Shown piece by piece: positions 35,701 through 47,109 of a stretch of DNA of 64,000 bases; position 1 is the first letter of the stretch, and each line of letters opens with the position of its first letter. Below the pieces are notes generated by a model. The model did not search any database, had not been told where the DNA came from, and worked only from the letters and a program-made list of their open reading frames with translations. This stretch comes from Macrostomum lignano. Lineage: Eukaryota. The stretch is from NCBI GenBank assembly GCA_002269645.1, contig NIVC01000396.1, positions 372,001-436,000 on the forward strand. Direction: 5' to 3'. The translations under genes and the position numbers were made by a program.

Positions 35701-38700
35701 ACCAGAGAACTCTGTAGAGCACGGGCGCTCCGGTCTTCACAACCAGCTCGATGCCGCCAGCGGGGTGCGTCCTCAGCTCGAACGTCTTCTCGTAGATGCT
35801 CACCTCGCCGTTTCTGACGCTCCACGGGTCGGAAATTTCCACCTTAGCGGAGAACGGAGTTGACAGCTGATTCGCGTCATTGAACTGGTCATAGGACAGG
35901 TGCCACACAGAGGATCGGCTGGCCGCGATGGGCGATCTGGCCAGATAGACGGCCCAGCTTCGCTGCGATTTGATTGCAACGACGAAATCGGCGGCTTCGG
36001 CCACCCCTCGGACACTTGCGACTTGGCGCGGCTCCGAGTACCAGAGGATTCTTCCTGTGTGGATCGCCGTCGAGTCTTGACTCGCCTCAAAGTGCAGCTC
36101 CTTTTCAACGCCGAACAAATATTTGACTCTGACCGAGCGGGTCGCAATGTTTTCCGAGAATGAGCTGAGATCGAATTTGGCAAAGGTGTCGCCTCGGATG
36201 CCTTCGAAATCCGCGCTCTGATTGTAGCTCAGCCTGAAGACGTCGGTGACTGAGTTGTCTGGTTGAGCAATGATGCTCAGCAAAGCCAGCTTCCGCTCCA
36301 GGTAGTTCACCAGCCGCATCGACATCCCGGGGAATCTGGTTGAGCTCAGCCTGACCTCCATGCTGGCCTCGAGCGGCTCGGCTCTCAGCGGCCAGGTGGA
36401 GTTGAGAACGCCGTGAACAAAGACCGGCTGCGCCACCAGGAAGCTGTTCCTCGCCAGGAACTGTGCAGAGTGGCCGGCTCCGCCCAGGCTGGGCTGCAGG
36501 GACCAACCCAGCTCCGCTCTTCGCTCTCCAAACTCGACATCCGCGTTGGCCTTCCGGCTGGGCTCGAACTCGACTCGGGCTCCGTAGCTGAGCAATCGGC
36601 CGGAGCTGCCGGCTGTGCGCAGTTTGAGCTCGGCTCGCAACGGCGCGAACTCGAAGTTGCTGGACAAACGCAGCAGCGGCAGCTCAATGCCAGCTGGACT
36701 CGGCGTCGCCACTGAGAACAGCAGGTCGAACTCGTTGCTGTGCTTCAGCTGCAGCAGGGCCTCGCCATTGAATCGCTTCCTCTGAATGTAGTTCTCCAGA
36801 CCCACGAGCTCCAGGTCGCCCCTCACCGACACCAGCCTCTTGTATTTGGCCGGGTTGGTGTTGGCAGTGACGATACCGGACTGCCTCGCACCGACCTTCC
36901 AGCCAAAGGCGTGAAATTTCGCTATGGCGGTGAAATTCGTCTCGCCCGCCAGCCCCGTCAGCTGCTCTCGGCCGATCTTGAGCTTGATTTCCTGGAAATT
37001 CGGGTGCTTCGTCTTCACGTCGATCAGACTGACCGCTGGCGAATGCAACGCCTTGGCCGAGGCAACCTTATCGTTGTCCACTTGGAACTCGGACAAAAGT
37101 GACGCATAAGAAGTTCCCGGTGTACTTTTGACATCAATGGTGCTTCCCAGCTGGCGGAACGGCAGAAACGTCAGACTGTTGGTCAGCGAGTTGGTCAGTT
37201 GCAGCACCTCCGGCGACCGCAGCAGTTTCAAGTTGAAAGTGGCGTTCGCTTTCGGTGTTCCAGCAGCACTCGTCACTCGGAATACTCGACCTGTTGATCT
37301 GATTTGCTTCCATATTCCAATCATTCCATTTGAATCGATTCTTCGATTTAACACGTGGCCTGTGAGCTTCGTGTCGAAATGCAACTGAGAGGCGGCTTCA
37401 GTCTCGGCGTTCTCCCTCCACGAGAGGCTCTGCTCACCCTTAATGAGCACCGCCGCGTCGGCCTCCACGCGGTGCCAGCCCCAGGTGTCTCCAGACGTCA
37501 GATTCAGCCTCGTCTCGGCCTGCGAGGCGCTGCTCTTCATCCGAGCCTCAAGCCGCGTCCTGAACGACTGTCCGGAGCCGAACGCCTCCACTTGGAAGGC
37601 GCACAGTCTCTGCACTTCATCTCTGGATTGCCTTTCCAGTAACAAGCCGTAGTTGAACACCTCCGAGCCGTCAAAGTGTGCCATCAGCTGATTCTTCCAG
37701 ACGGTGCCGTTGGTCTGCGCAAGGTCGATGACATTCTCCAGGACGGTCCGCCGGTCCGGCTCCGGCCCTGTGAGCCTCGACGTCTCGTTGAACCGCATGG
37801 AAGCCAGGAAGCGGGCGAACAGGGCCAAGCTGTAGCGGAAATTGTAGCGGCCAGCCACAATGCGCCTCTGGTACAGCAGGAACCGCAGCAGGCTCGCCGC
37901 CGTCTCCCTACTGACCCGCGCGTCCGACTCCAGCACGTACAAGTTCTTCAACAGCAGCTGCGCCCGGTGCTTCACCTGGTGGTCCTCCTCGAGCCCGATG
38001 TACTCAAATTTTTGCTTGCATTGGAATACCTGGCTGGAGCTGAACTCCAAACTAGTATCAATGCTCATGATTCCCTCTTGGGCCAAAGAGACGCTCGAGT
38101 TCAGCTTGAGCTGGGAGATCAGTTTGCTCTGCACCAACAGGCCGTGTCTCAAGGCAGCGAGGGGGCTCTCGCGATTCAGCCGATGGTCGATGTGAAGCAG
38201 GGTCTCATTGGCGTAAACCACCCGCGCAATCTGCGCGCTCGCAATCTGCCGGCCGCCGTCGGGCATGAAAACGTAGTTCTTCAAGTGCCAGTAGTGCGTC
38301 ACTTCCGAGCCAATGCTGCCGTCAAGCAGCTGAGCGCCCAGCTGCAGCTCGAAAGCCTGGCGCAGCCTCCCCCAGTCCCGCCTGGGCAGGTAGCGCAGCA
38401 CCCCCTTGTAGTTTGCCTTGTAGCCTTCGTAGCCCAGGCCGCAGTTGATTTCGTACAGAGACTGGCTACCAACGGGATCGATATTCGAGTTCTCTTCCAT
38501 GCTCACTCTCAGGCCCTCAAGCTTGGCGGTCACCTCCTGGCCGGTGTCTCTCCTGTAGTAGGTCAGCTGGCCGTTGCCCTCGGCGCTGAACGTCGCTCCG
38601 TTAATGGTCTCGCTAAGGCCGACCTGCAGCTTGAAGTCCAACGGCGAGCGTCGCAGCGCCGATCCGAGGCGCAGCTGGTGCAGCACGCTGACGTTGGCCC

Positions 38701-41700
38701 GGCTGATGGCGCCGATGCTGCGCTGCAGTTTGGCGTGCAGGCTGTGCCCGACCCGCCGCCCCTCCGCATTCCTCACCTCCAAGTCGTAAATGACGGCGCC
38801 GTAGTCCCTGCGGCTGTTATTGAACTTGTTCTCGTACTTCAGCTGGTACTGCACCGAGTGCAGAACCCCGGCGGACGATGCGTACTCGGAGGCGATCTTC
38901 CAGGTGAAGTTGGCGGCCGCTGTCTGCAGGTCGTACAGAAGTCGAAGCTGGTTGCCGCTCTGCAGGGTCAGGTTGAAGGCGGTGCTGGCCCGCGGCAGCA
39001 GCACCAGCACGCGGCCATCCATCCGGTGCGCCAGGGAAATCTCCACCCGCTGCCTGACTTTGTCTTTGCGATAGAAACTGCCGGCCAGTCGCATCTGCGG
39101 CGAATCTGCCGATGCCCATTGCGCCGCGCCCTCCGCCTTGTACTCAACCGAGCCGATTCGAACCTTCGCTTGCAGCTGAGACTCGCTAGTCGAGTTGGTC
39201 ACCTGGGCGAACAGGGACACCGGGAACACCGGGTTGATCAACTCGAATCGCCAGCTGGAGCTGCCGGTGGATCGGGACGAGCGCAGCGCCAGCTTCAGCA
39301 TGCGGTCAGGCGAGTTCCGATCCCCGATCAGCAGCTCCAGCCGGTTGTTGCCAGGGTCAAGCGGAGTCGGCCTCTTCTGCCGGAAATAGAGCTCGAATCC
39401 GCCAAGGCTGTCATCCTTCTCCAGGTAGAGCTGGAAGCTGCCCGGACTGCGGCGCAGGCTGCTCAGAAGGCTTGCCGTGTCTCCGCTGGCTGAACTGGAG
39501 GAAGCCGACGAGACCTTCTTGGACTGCACGCAGAGCTTCAGGCCCGAGTGCTTCTTTATAAAGTTGTCGGTGCACCTCACCGACTGCTCCATTACTTCCG
39601 ACGGCACCAGCGGCTGCTCAACCGGCGTCGCTTCACCGTCTGCGCCGATCGCGTGCCAGAAGAACGCAGCGTCAGTCTTTGCGTCCGCCAGACTCTGCCG
39701 CTTGTCCAGGGGCTCCAGCTTCATCGAGATTGTCTGATCGCTATTGGCCTCGTCAGACCGGGCCCTCTCCAGGCTCAGCCCCAGTCCCGTGTTCGTCAGG
39801 AAGCTCAAGTTGGTCCGCACGCCCATTCGCTCGAACGGGGCGTCAACAGAGACGGTGCGCGACTGTCGCAGCGCGGCCCTGGGGCGCAGCTCTAGCCTGG
39901 CCGAGGAGTTGCCGGTCCAGCTCAGGTCCAGCACTTTGTCCAGCCGCAGCTCGGTGAGGTAGTGCGCCGAACTCTTCACAATCAGCGGCGCGCCAGAGAT
40001 CGTCGGCAGCGACACGGCCTCCTCCGACAGGACGCCAGCCGACATTGATGACCTTTTGCTGTCGAAGAACTTCTTAAACTGCGGCAGCGCCTCCATCAAC
40101 TGCCTGATGGTGGAGAAGTCGATGTTCTTCAGGAGCTGCAGCGGCGCTGTCAGGCCGATGCCACTGACGGTGCTGTGGGAGACCTCGGCCCCGGACTGCC
40201 GCACCACAATGTCCACCCGGGGCTCCTGCGCCGCCTGCATCCGGCTCTCCTGCTCCGGGGTCAGGTCCACCCCGACCGTCTGCCGGCGCACCCTGCGTCG
40301 GAGAAAGATGTCCATGCCGGGGGATTTTGAGGCTCCGAACCGCTGGGCGAAGAGCTTGTAGGCCTCGTGCGCCTCGTCGTCTACGCCCTCGATGCGCAGG
40401 CCGAGCTCCAGCGCGTTGACCTGCCGGCCTCGGCCAGGGTCGATGAGCGTCAGGTTGAGGCCGATGTACCGCGGGATTGCCGACTGCGGCGAGAACACCA
40501 CCGAGGCTTCAATGCGCCCGCCGGTTGCCCAGTCGTGGCTGAAGTGCTGCAGGCGCCAGGCGCTGGAGTACTCGCGCCAGCTCAGCCTGTCCAGCTCCTT
40601 CGCAATGTCCGGCGCCGATTCTGCTGCTTCTTGAAGCAGTTTTGCGGCTTCGGCCACCGCGGCCTTGTCCAGCAGCGGGTCGGAGGCCCCGCCGGCCAGT
40701 CCGGACAGGTGGGTTCGGACAAACAGCTGGGTTTGCCTGTCCTCATTCGGGCTGGTCAGCAGCCGCCGGACGGCCGAGCGAAGGCTGTCGGCGCGTTGGC
40801 CGGTCAGGCCGATCGCGGCCAGGGCCCGGTAAGCGGCGATGCGCAGCTCCGCGTCCAGCGCGCCGTCCAGCAGCAGCCGCGCCAGCCGGTCGCGCGCCCC
40901 GGCCCCGGCCTCGTTGTCCTTGTCGTAGTCAAATCGGCGCAGCGATTGCAGCGCGAAGACGCGGTGCGCCAGCGCCAGGCGCGGATTGGCCGCGCAGCCT
41001 ACAAGGGCGGAGGCGCCGCCGCCAGCGCGGCCCATGTTGCCGACGGCCAGCAGGGCGACAAAGGCGTCGGCGGTGTAGCAGCTGCCGACCTGCAGGCGGC
41101 TGCAGGCCTCCTCGGAGCCGAGCTGGTCGGAGAAAAACCGGACAACTCTGGCCACTGCCGGGTCGGTGCCGCAGCCCCGGTGCTCCCGGCAGACCCGGTA
41201 GACCAGGTCGCCCAGGGCGAGGGCTTCGCCCTGCCAGTTGCCTCTGCTGCGGCGCCTGTTGACGAAGTCCTGAAAGTTGAGTTCATAAAAATTCACCAGA
41301 TTGTAACGCTGCCTAGAGCTGCCGCCGCCCCATCTCAGCAGGGCAAGCTGCAGAGCTCGAGTCGCGAGAGTCGGAGCTTCTTTGCCCCCCCTCAGCAAAG
41401 ATAATCCAAAGTGTGCATGATAGATCGAAGAATAATTTTGACTTGTTTCAAGTGACTGATTAAACTGCACCAACCGCTGCTGTCAATCATTTCCACGGGC
41501 AGCTTCAAAAATTCAATTTTACGACTACAGGCAGTTCCGCACGTGATGCGTGACTCAGAATTGTTTTTCTATTGTGACCTTCCTTGGATATGGTCTGTTG
41601 ACTGTGCATGACGTATTCATTCACTTTGCTAAGAACTTCTTCAAGTCTGTCGTGGTGGGAGGGCTCAGGCGGCTCACTGGGAATTTTAGTCGGAAATTAT

Positions 41701-44700
41701 TTTTGAAAAATCCGAATCATAGAGGCGTGAGATTTTGGGGTTTTTTGTCCCCCAGCTCCCAAGTCTACCCTCACACTGTGCTTATCCACCCTCACACTGT
41801 GCTTATCCACCCTCACACTGTGCTTATCCACCCTCACTCTGTGCTTATCTACCATCACACTGCTTATCTACACTCGCACTGTGCTTATCTACCCTCTACC
41901 ATCTACCATCTACCATCTGCTTACCTACCCTACTCTGTGCTTATCTGCAGTCTGCCTAACCTCAAAATGTGCTTATCTACCAAACTTTTGCGCTTATCTC
42001 ACAACACACTCACCAGAACATCTTGCAGCATCCCGACGGTAGGATGCGGCAGCTGCGACAGCGCGTCAACCGACCAGGAGTTTCTTTCGCTGAGAATCTG
42101 CTGCAGGATGAGCTGCAGAGCCGGCCGAGTGCCAGCAGCCGCAATGGCCGAGCGGACGACACCTCTGCATAGGTTGGGGAGTCGGAGCGGTGGTAAGTCC
42201 GAGTTGACTTGCTGGTGAATTTTATTTCACTGATTGAAGTCAGCTGCTCTGAACGGATGTGAGTTGAGTGCATGGATTTAGAAACATGAGTCTTTGTTGT
42301 TGTTGTTGTTGTTGTTGTTTTTGTTGTTATTGTTGTTATTTTTGTTGTAGTTGTCGTTGTTGTTGTTATTATCATTGTTGTTGTTTTTGCTGTTGTTGTT
42401 GTTGTTTTTGTTGTTGTTGTTTTTGTAGTAGTAGTAATAGTTGTTGTTGTTGTTGTTGCTTTGTTTCTGTTGTCGTTGTTGTTGTTGTTGCTTTGTTTCT
42501 GTTGTCGTTGTTGTCGTTGTTGCTGCTGTTATTTTAGTTTTTGTTGCCATTATTATTGTTGTTGTTGTTTTGATTGTTGTTAGTTTATATATTTTCTGCA
42601 TTTTAGCTGTCACTGTAGTTGCTTCCTTTGCTCATGTGAAAAATTGTACTGCTTTATTTTAGTTACAGCTGCCAGATTCGGGGCAGTTTCACCCAAGGAA
42701 GGCCTCACTTAAGCGACGGGTTCTCAGAGCAGAAGCCGCCCAGCAGGCGCTGGTAGATCCGGTTCAGCTGCACTCGGCTCTGCATCCGCCTGAGCTGCCC
42801 GACCAGTTCCGCAAATTTTCCCGGCGTCTCTCGGCCCAGCGACTTCGCCGACGCCTCCCTGCAGAGCTCCGACACCAGCCGCCAGGCCGCGTCCTGGGCG
42901 TCGCTGCCCCCTCGCCACCGGCGGCGGCCGCCCGCTCGAGGCACTCGCTGCCGATGTCGAATCGACTCGACGTCTGGCACTCGACGCTGCTCCGGTGCTC
43001 CTGGCGCAGGTCGGTTCGGCGTCCCGCCGTCCAGGGTGTCGGTTCCGTTTCCGGTTCACCTGTTTCCGGTTCACCTGTTTCCGGTTCCGGTTGCAGAAGG
43101 CGCAGCCGCGTCCTCGTTGCCAGCCGGGCGTCGCCAGCCGCCGAAGTTTCCGACGTCGATCGCAGCTCCTTGCAGGCGACGTCGCGCGGAATGTCGAACT
43201 CGGCGTGCAGCTCGAGGCGGCAGGCGAGGCTGCCGAGAGTCACCGGACGGCTGGCCTGAACCCGCTGGGGGGAAGGGGAGACGGAGGGGGAGTTCCTGTG
43301 ATTGCTTGAGCACAGTTCATCTGATGATATCAGTAAGGGGATTCTGTGAACAAGATTCCCGTGAATCTGTGAAGGTTATTTTTGTGAATCTATGTGCAGT
43401 ATTCCCGGGAATCTCTGGAGGAAATTCTTGTGAATCTGTAGAGGTAATTCTTGTGAATCTGTGAATACAATTCTTGTGAATCTGTGAATACAATTCTTGT
43501 GAATCTGTGAATACAATTCTTGTGAATCTGTGGAGGTAATTCTTGTGAATCTGTGAATATAATTGTTGTGAATCTGTGAATATAATTGTTGTGAATCTGT
43601 GAATATAATTGTTGTGAATCTGTGAATATAATTGTTGTGAATCTGTGAATATAATTGTTGTGAATCTGTGAATACAATTCTTGTGAATCTGTGGAGGTAA
43701 TTCTTGTGAATCTGCGAATACAATTCTTGTGAATCTGTGAATACAATTCTTGTGAATCTGTGAATACAATTCTTGTGAATCTGTGGAGGTAATTCTTGTG
43801 AATCTGTGAATATAATTGTTGTGAATCTGTGAATATAATTGTTGTGAATCTGTGAATATAATTGTTGTGAATCTGTGAATATAATTGTTGTGAATCTGTG
43901 AATATAATTGTTGTGAATCTGTGAATACAATTCTTGTGAATCTGTGGAGGTAATTCTTGTGAATCTGCGAATACAATTCTTGTGAATCTGTGAATACAAT
44001 TCTTGTGAATCTGTGGATATAATTGTTGTGGATCTGTGAATTTAATTGTTGTGAATCTGTGAATACAATTCTTGTGAATCTGTGGAGGTAATTCTTGTGA
44101 ATCTGTGAATACAATTCTTGTGAATCTGTGAATATAATTGTTGTGAATCTGTGAATACAATTATTGTGAATCTGTGAATACAATTATTGTGAATCTGTGG
44201 ATACAATTATTGTGAATCTGTGGATACAATTCTTGTGAATCTGTGAATACAATTCTTGTGAATCTGTGAATATAATTGTTGTGGATCTGTGAATTTAATT
44301 GTTGTGAATCTGTGAATACAATTCTTGTGAATCTGTGGAGGTAATTCTTGTGAATCTGTGGAGGTAATTCTTGTGAATCTGTGAATACAATTCTTGTGAA
44401 TCTGTGGAAAAAATTGTTGTGAATCTGTGAATACAATTATTGTGAATCTGTGAATACAATTCTTGTGAATCTGTGAATACAATTCTTGTTAATCTTATCT
44501 TCTGTCGTCACAAGGTTTGAAACAACGCGCTGAATTTTTAGAAGTAATTTTTCTTAGTTTACTCAACCTATTCAAGTGCGGAATAATTGCTCCAAAATGA
44601 AAGCCCATTATTAATCAGAACCAATAAAACTCAGAAAATTTTCCATAAATTTCCTAGTTAAACAAAAATTTGATTGCTAAATATTGCTTCAATCCAAATT

Positions 44701-45830
44701 TGGAACTGCAGCTCCTGACATTTCTATTGACAACTTCAATTCATTTTGTTTCACTGCAAGCAAGGGGCTGATCAAATACGCTTTCTCACCTCATCTGGGA
44801 TTCCCTTCTCTCCTTTGAGCGGGTAGGCTTCGAATGCCAGCATGCGGCACCTGGCCAGGTCCTTGGTCTTCAGCAGCGAGTTCGGACCCTCCGGGATGTA
44901 CTCTGTCCAGCAGTCGCCGAGGATGTCGCGCTGTGGGATTGCGGAAATGAGGATGAAGTCAAGTCTGATTCCGAGTTCCTAACCCCGACCTTTCTAATCC
45001 CACATTCCTAATCCCAAATTTCTAATCCCGACTTCCTAATAACGGGTTCCTGATCCCAAGCTCCCAATCCCGACTTTCTAATCCCGAGTTCTTAATTCCG
45101 ACTTCCTAATCCCGAGTTTCTAATCCCGACTTCCTAATAACGGGTTCCTGATCCCAAGCTCCCAATCCCGAGCTCCTAATCCCGAGCTCCTAATCCCGAG
45201 CTCCTAATCCCGAGCTCCTAATCCCGAGCTCCTAATCCCGAGCTCCTAATCCCGGGTTTCAAGTCCCAAATAAATACCAGCTTCCGAACCCCACCGCAGG
45301 CGCTCACCTCCTCCAGCTGGTGCCACCTGCCCCGCTGTCCGGAAGCCACCTGCAGCTGGGACAGCAGAGCCCTCTTCAAGTTGAGACTCTCCCGGGTCTC
45401 GCCCTCGCCCTCGCCCTCGCCCTCCGTCGGGCACAGCTGCTCGAATCGGCCCTCCCGGTGCCAGACGCGCAGTGGCAGGCGCAGCGCTCGCGCCAGCCGA
45501 CTTGGCGCTGTCCTCGGCGCTGCGTAGTCGGCGCCAGCGTTGGCGCTGGCCTCGCTAACCGAGACGGCGAGCTCGCATTCGGTGATGGCGCGAACTTCAA
45601 AGACGCCGCTGGAGTTTAAATTTCGTCGCTGGTTGCCGCCGCCATTGGGCAGGTCGGTCGCGAGTTCGATTCCCTGCTCGAAGTGGTAGCGATAGACTCG
45701 ACCGGGCCGGTAACCCCGCCAGTGCGGTGATGGCGGGCAGGCGAGTGAGCAGGCTGACGATGAGGCGTCCGTTCGGATTCTGGGACCTTGGAATCAGTTT
45801 GAGAAGTCATGGTATTTTTGCTATTGCTAA

Positions 45831-45871
<41 letters not shown>

Positions 45872-45872
45872 T

Positions 45873-45947
<75 letters not shown>

Positions 45948-45952
45948 TACTT

Positions 45953-45983
<31 letters not shown>

Positions 45984-45984
45984 T

Positions 45985-46080
<96 letters not shown>

Positions 46081-46277
46081 GCTAGCTAACTAACTAACTA
46101 ACTAACTAACTAAATGACTAACTAACTAACTAACTATCTAACTAAGTAAAAAACGAATAAAATATTAATCAATTTCACTGGATACTCACGAGCCTCGGAG
46201 AAGGTGGCTACCAGCAGCAGACTGCAGACAGTCAGCGCCAGGAGGTGCACCGCATTCCAGTGTACCATTGACGCCAT
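23565..46277 (-). CDS. Large lipid transfer protein (apolipophorin/vitellogenin/apoB superfamily), 11 exons, about 4,138 aa
   Basis: Hand-spliced GT-AG exons give signal peptide, vitellogenin-N beta-barrel and helical domain, DUF1943-like region, long beta-rich region, vWD, Cys-rich C8-like, vWA-like and Cys-rich tail. Exon lengths sum to 12416 bp; adding one G at 42907-42911 gives 12417, i.e. 4139 codons including the stop. Confidence 0.85.
23800..25020. repeat. 10-bp minisatellite (ctctgccacc) in LLTP intron 10
   Basis: Tandem decamers with cctgacc insertions; source of the GRGWQRVAE ORFs. Confidence 0.95.
25193..25444 (-). CDS. LLTP exon 10
   Basis: CGCAG acceptor; open frame ending CSAELAMDS. 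Donor GTATAA is weak; a GC donor near 25182 is an alternative. Confidence 0.7.
25550..26200. repeat. 28-bp G-rich minisatellite (ggggtggctgtctatgggggtaggaatt) in LLTP intron 9
   Basis: Tandem units that degenerate towards the right. Confidence 0.9.
26240..26516 (-). CDS. LLTP exon 9 (vWA-like: VEFGLAHFGGQG..KHIFLFSC)
   Basis: CCCAG acceptor, GTGAGT donor; phase 1 to 2. Confidence 0.82.
26560..26900. repeat. 33-bp minisatellite (gtgggtgggtaacaggtgagagtagaaaatgag) in LLTP intron 8
   Basis: About 9-10 tandem units. Confidence 0.9.
27490..28060. repeat. 12-bp repeat (gagagggtgtgt) in LLTP intron 8
   Basis: Tandem, degenerate on the left; produces the SHTP tail of ORF 27815. Confidence 0.9.
28117..30349 (-). 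CDS. LLTP exon 8 (vWD domain ITFDG..CSYVLA..DGMAGSNDG, C8-like Cys cluster)
   Basis: Core of ORF 27815-30433. Phase-0 pyrimidine-rich acceptor CGCCAG; an out-of-phase TTTTTGCAG lies 31 nt upstream. GTGAGC donor, phase 1. Confidence 0.85.
30455..31280. repeat. 43-bp hairpin-containing minisatellite in LLTP intron 7, about 19 copies
   Basis: Unit acagtacaggtaaatacagactcatatcagtctgtattcaaat, with internal inverted repeat AATACAGACT-catatc-AGTCTGTATT. Confidence 0.95.
31722..31975. repeat. 20-bp minisatellite (gggagcattYagggtgagat) in LLTP intron 7
   Basis: About 12 tandem units. Confidence 0.92.
32101..32559 (-). CDS. LLTP exon 7
   Basis: CCCAG acceptor, GTGAGT donor; open frame extending ORF 32050-32448; phase 0 to 0. 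Confidence 0.75.
32805..33560. repeat. 20-bp pyrimidine-rich minisatellite (tctcattctaatctcttctc) in LLTP intron 6
   Basis: About 37 tandem units. Confidence 0.93.
33749..41347 (-). CDS. LLTP exon 6, giant internal exon (7599 bp, 2533 codons)
   Basis: Stop-free ORF 33677-41473. Phase-0 CTGCAG acceptor (start less certain) and GTGAGT donor at 33748. Contains LALGDLVYRVC, LELGLRIEG and a furin-like RRRVRR. Confidence 0.88.
41768..41960. repeat. 21-bp short tandem repeat (ctcacactgtgcttatccacc) in LLTP intron 5
   Basis: 3-4 good copies followed by degenerate ones. Confidence 0.8.
42014..42164 (-). CDS. LLTP exon 5 (AIAAAGTRPALQLI..PHPTVGML)
   Basis: TGCAG acceptor, GTGAGT donor; helical-domain motif; phase 2 to 0. 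Confidence 0.82.
42292..42580. repeat. Imperfect (GTT)n microsatellite in LLTP intron 4
   Basis: Trinucleotide repeat; source of poly-C, poly-T and poly-N ORFs. Confidence 0.92.
42709..43264 (-). CDS. LLTP exon 4 (apparent 1-bp deletion in the G5 run at 42907-42911)
   Basis: 5' part is in the frame of ORF 42764-43243 and 3' part in the frame of ORF 42705-42980 (ETPGKFAELVGQLRR). An in-frame alternative acceptor exists at 43255. Confidence 0.75.
43405..44490. repeat. 23-bp minisatellite (gtgaatctgtgaatacaattctt) in LLTP intron 3
   Basis: About 46 tandem units in three variant types. Confidence 0.95.
44790..44930 (-). CDS. LLTP exon 3 (RDILGDCWTEY..KTKDLARC)
   Basis: CACAG acceptor, GTGAGA donor; D-x-x-G-x-C-x-T-x-Y and KTKDL-x-x-C vitellogenin-N motifs; phase 0 to 0. 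Confidence 0.88.
44975..45255. repeat. 14-bp repeat (gagctcctaatccc) in LLTP intron 2
   Basis: Perfect at 45160-45255 and degenerate to the left. Confidence 0.88.
45308..45786 (-). CDS. LLTP exon 2 (vitellogenin-N: YRPGRVYRYHF..LNLKRALLSQLQ)
   Basis: CAAG acceptor, GTGAGC donor; open frame with family motifs; phase 1 to 0. Confidence 0.85.
45826..46143. repeat. (TAAC)n microsatellite in LLTP intron 1
   Basis: About 78 tetranucleotide units. Confidence 0.96.
46190..46277 (-). CDS. LLTP exon 1 (signal peptide MASMVHWNAVHLLALTVCSLLLVATFSEA)
   Basis: ATG at 46277; donor GTGAGT; phase 1. Confidence 0.8.
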
Positions 46278-47109
46278 GTGTTTCCTGGCGTGCTGTGACC
46301 GTTTGTAAGCTGTGTTTTTAGCACAAATTCGCTGTAATTGCAACAGAGAAAAATTGCTGCAAAAATAGCGACCTGTTGTTGACTCGGGGGCTGTCACTTC
46401 AAGTTAATCTGCTCTGGCTTTGAAAGTAGCGAGTGTTGAAGAAGAAAGCCAGCACAGTTGAGGGTTCAGGGTGCAGAGAGATAACAGTAAATCAGCAGGG
46501 GTGCGCAGATTTTGTTCGTCAGCTTTTGACAAACTGACTCGCCTCACTCGCCGCAGGTGCGCCTTTTGCATCACAGGCAGAAATTTGCACCGGTTTATCA
46601 GCAAGCGAGCGGTGCAGTGCGCACACTGCTGAAACCCCCCTAAAAATTGGAACCAATGGGTGTAAAACATTTGACTCGTATTCCAGTGGTAGAATTCAGC
46701 AGCTTATGAACTCATTTTTGCTGACATTTCCACATTTCGTTGCAATCATTCGACTTTGATCCCGCTAAAATTATAATAATGTATTTTTATGCATTCTATG
46801 GAATACCTGGAAACAAACGCCTCATTCCCAGATAATTTCTTGTCAATGAATTTCCTCACCCTGCGGAACCCAGGCTGTCTGAAAATAATTTCCTTCTTTT
46901 TATGTTCTGAATTCGCTAGATTTCATATCCGGGATTATCCGGGATTGCCGAATGAGGAGGCGAGAATTGAAAAATTCAGACTCGCGGCCATGGCAGCTCA
47001 GGGCGTCTGCCTTACCACCTGTTAAAACTGATTATGACAGCTCGGACTTAATATCCGAGTCCCGAATATCCTTTTCCAAATTCCCAGTTAAGAATTTCCA
47101 ATGTCAAAT

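Noticed and set aside
28010-41404. Numerous plus-strand ORFs overlapping LLTP exons (e.g. 37676-39493, 605 aa)
   Set aside because: Antisense ORFs expected from GC-rich codon usage; no independent domains seen.
43317-44482. SQIHNN/FTDSQ repeat ORFs
   Set aside because: 23-bp intronic minisatellite.
45826-46143. (TAAC)n as a telomeric repeat or branch-point array
   Set aside because: Not TTAGGG-type, and the CTAAC motif is antisense to the host pre-mRNA.
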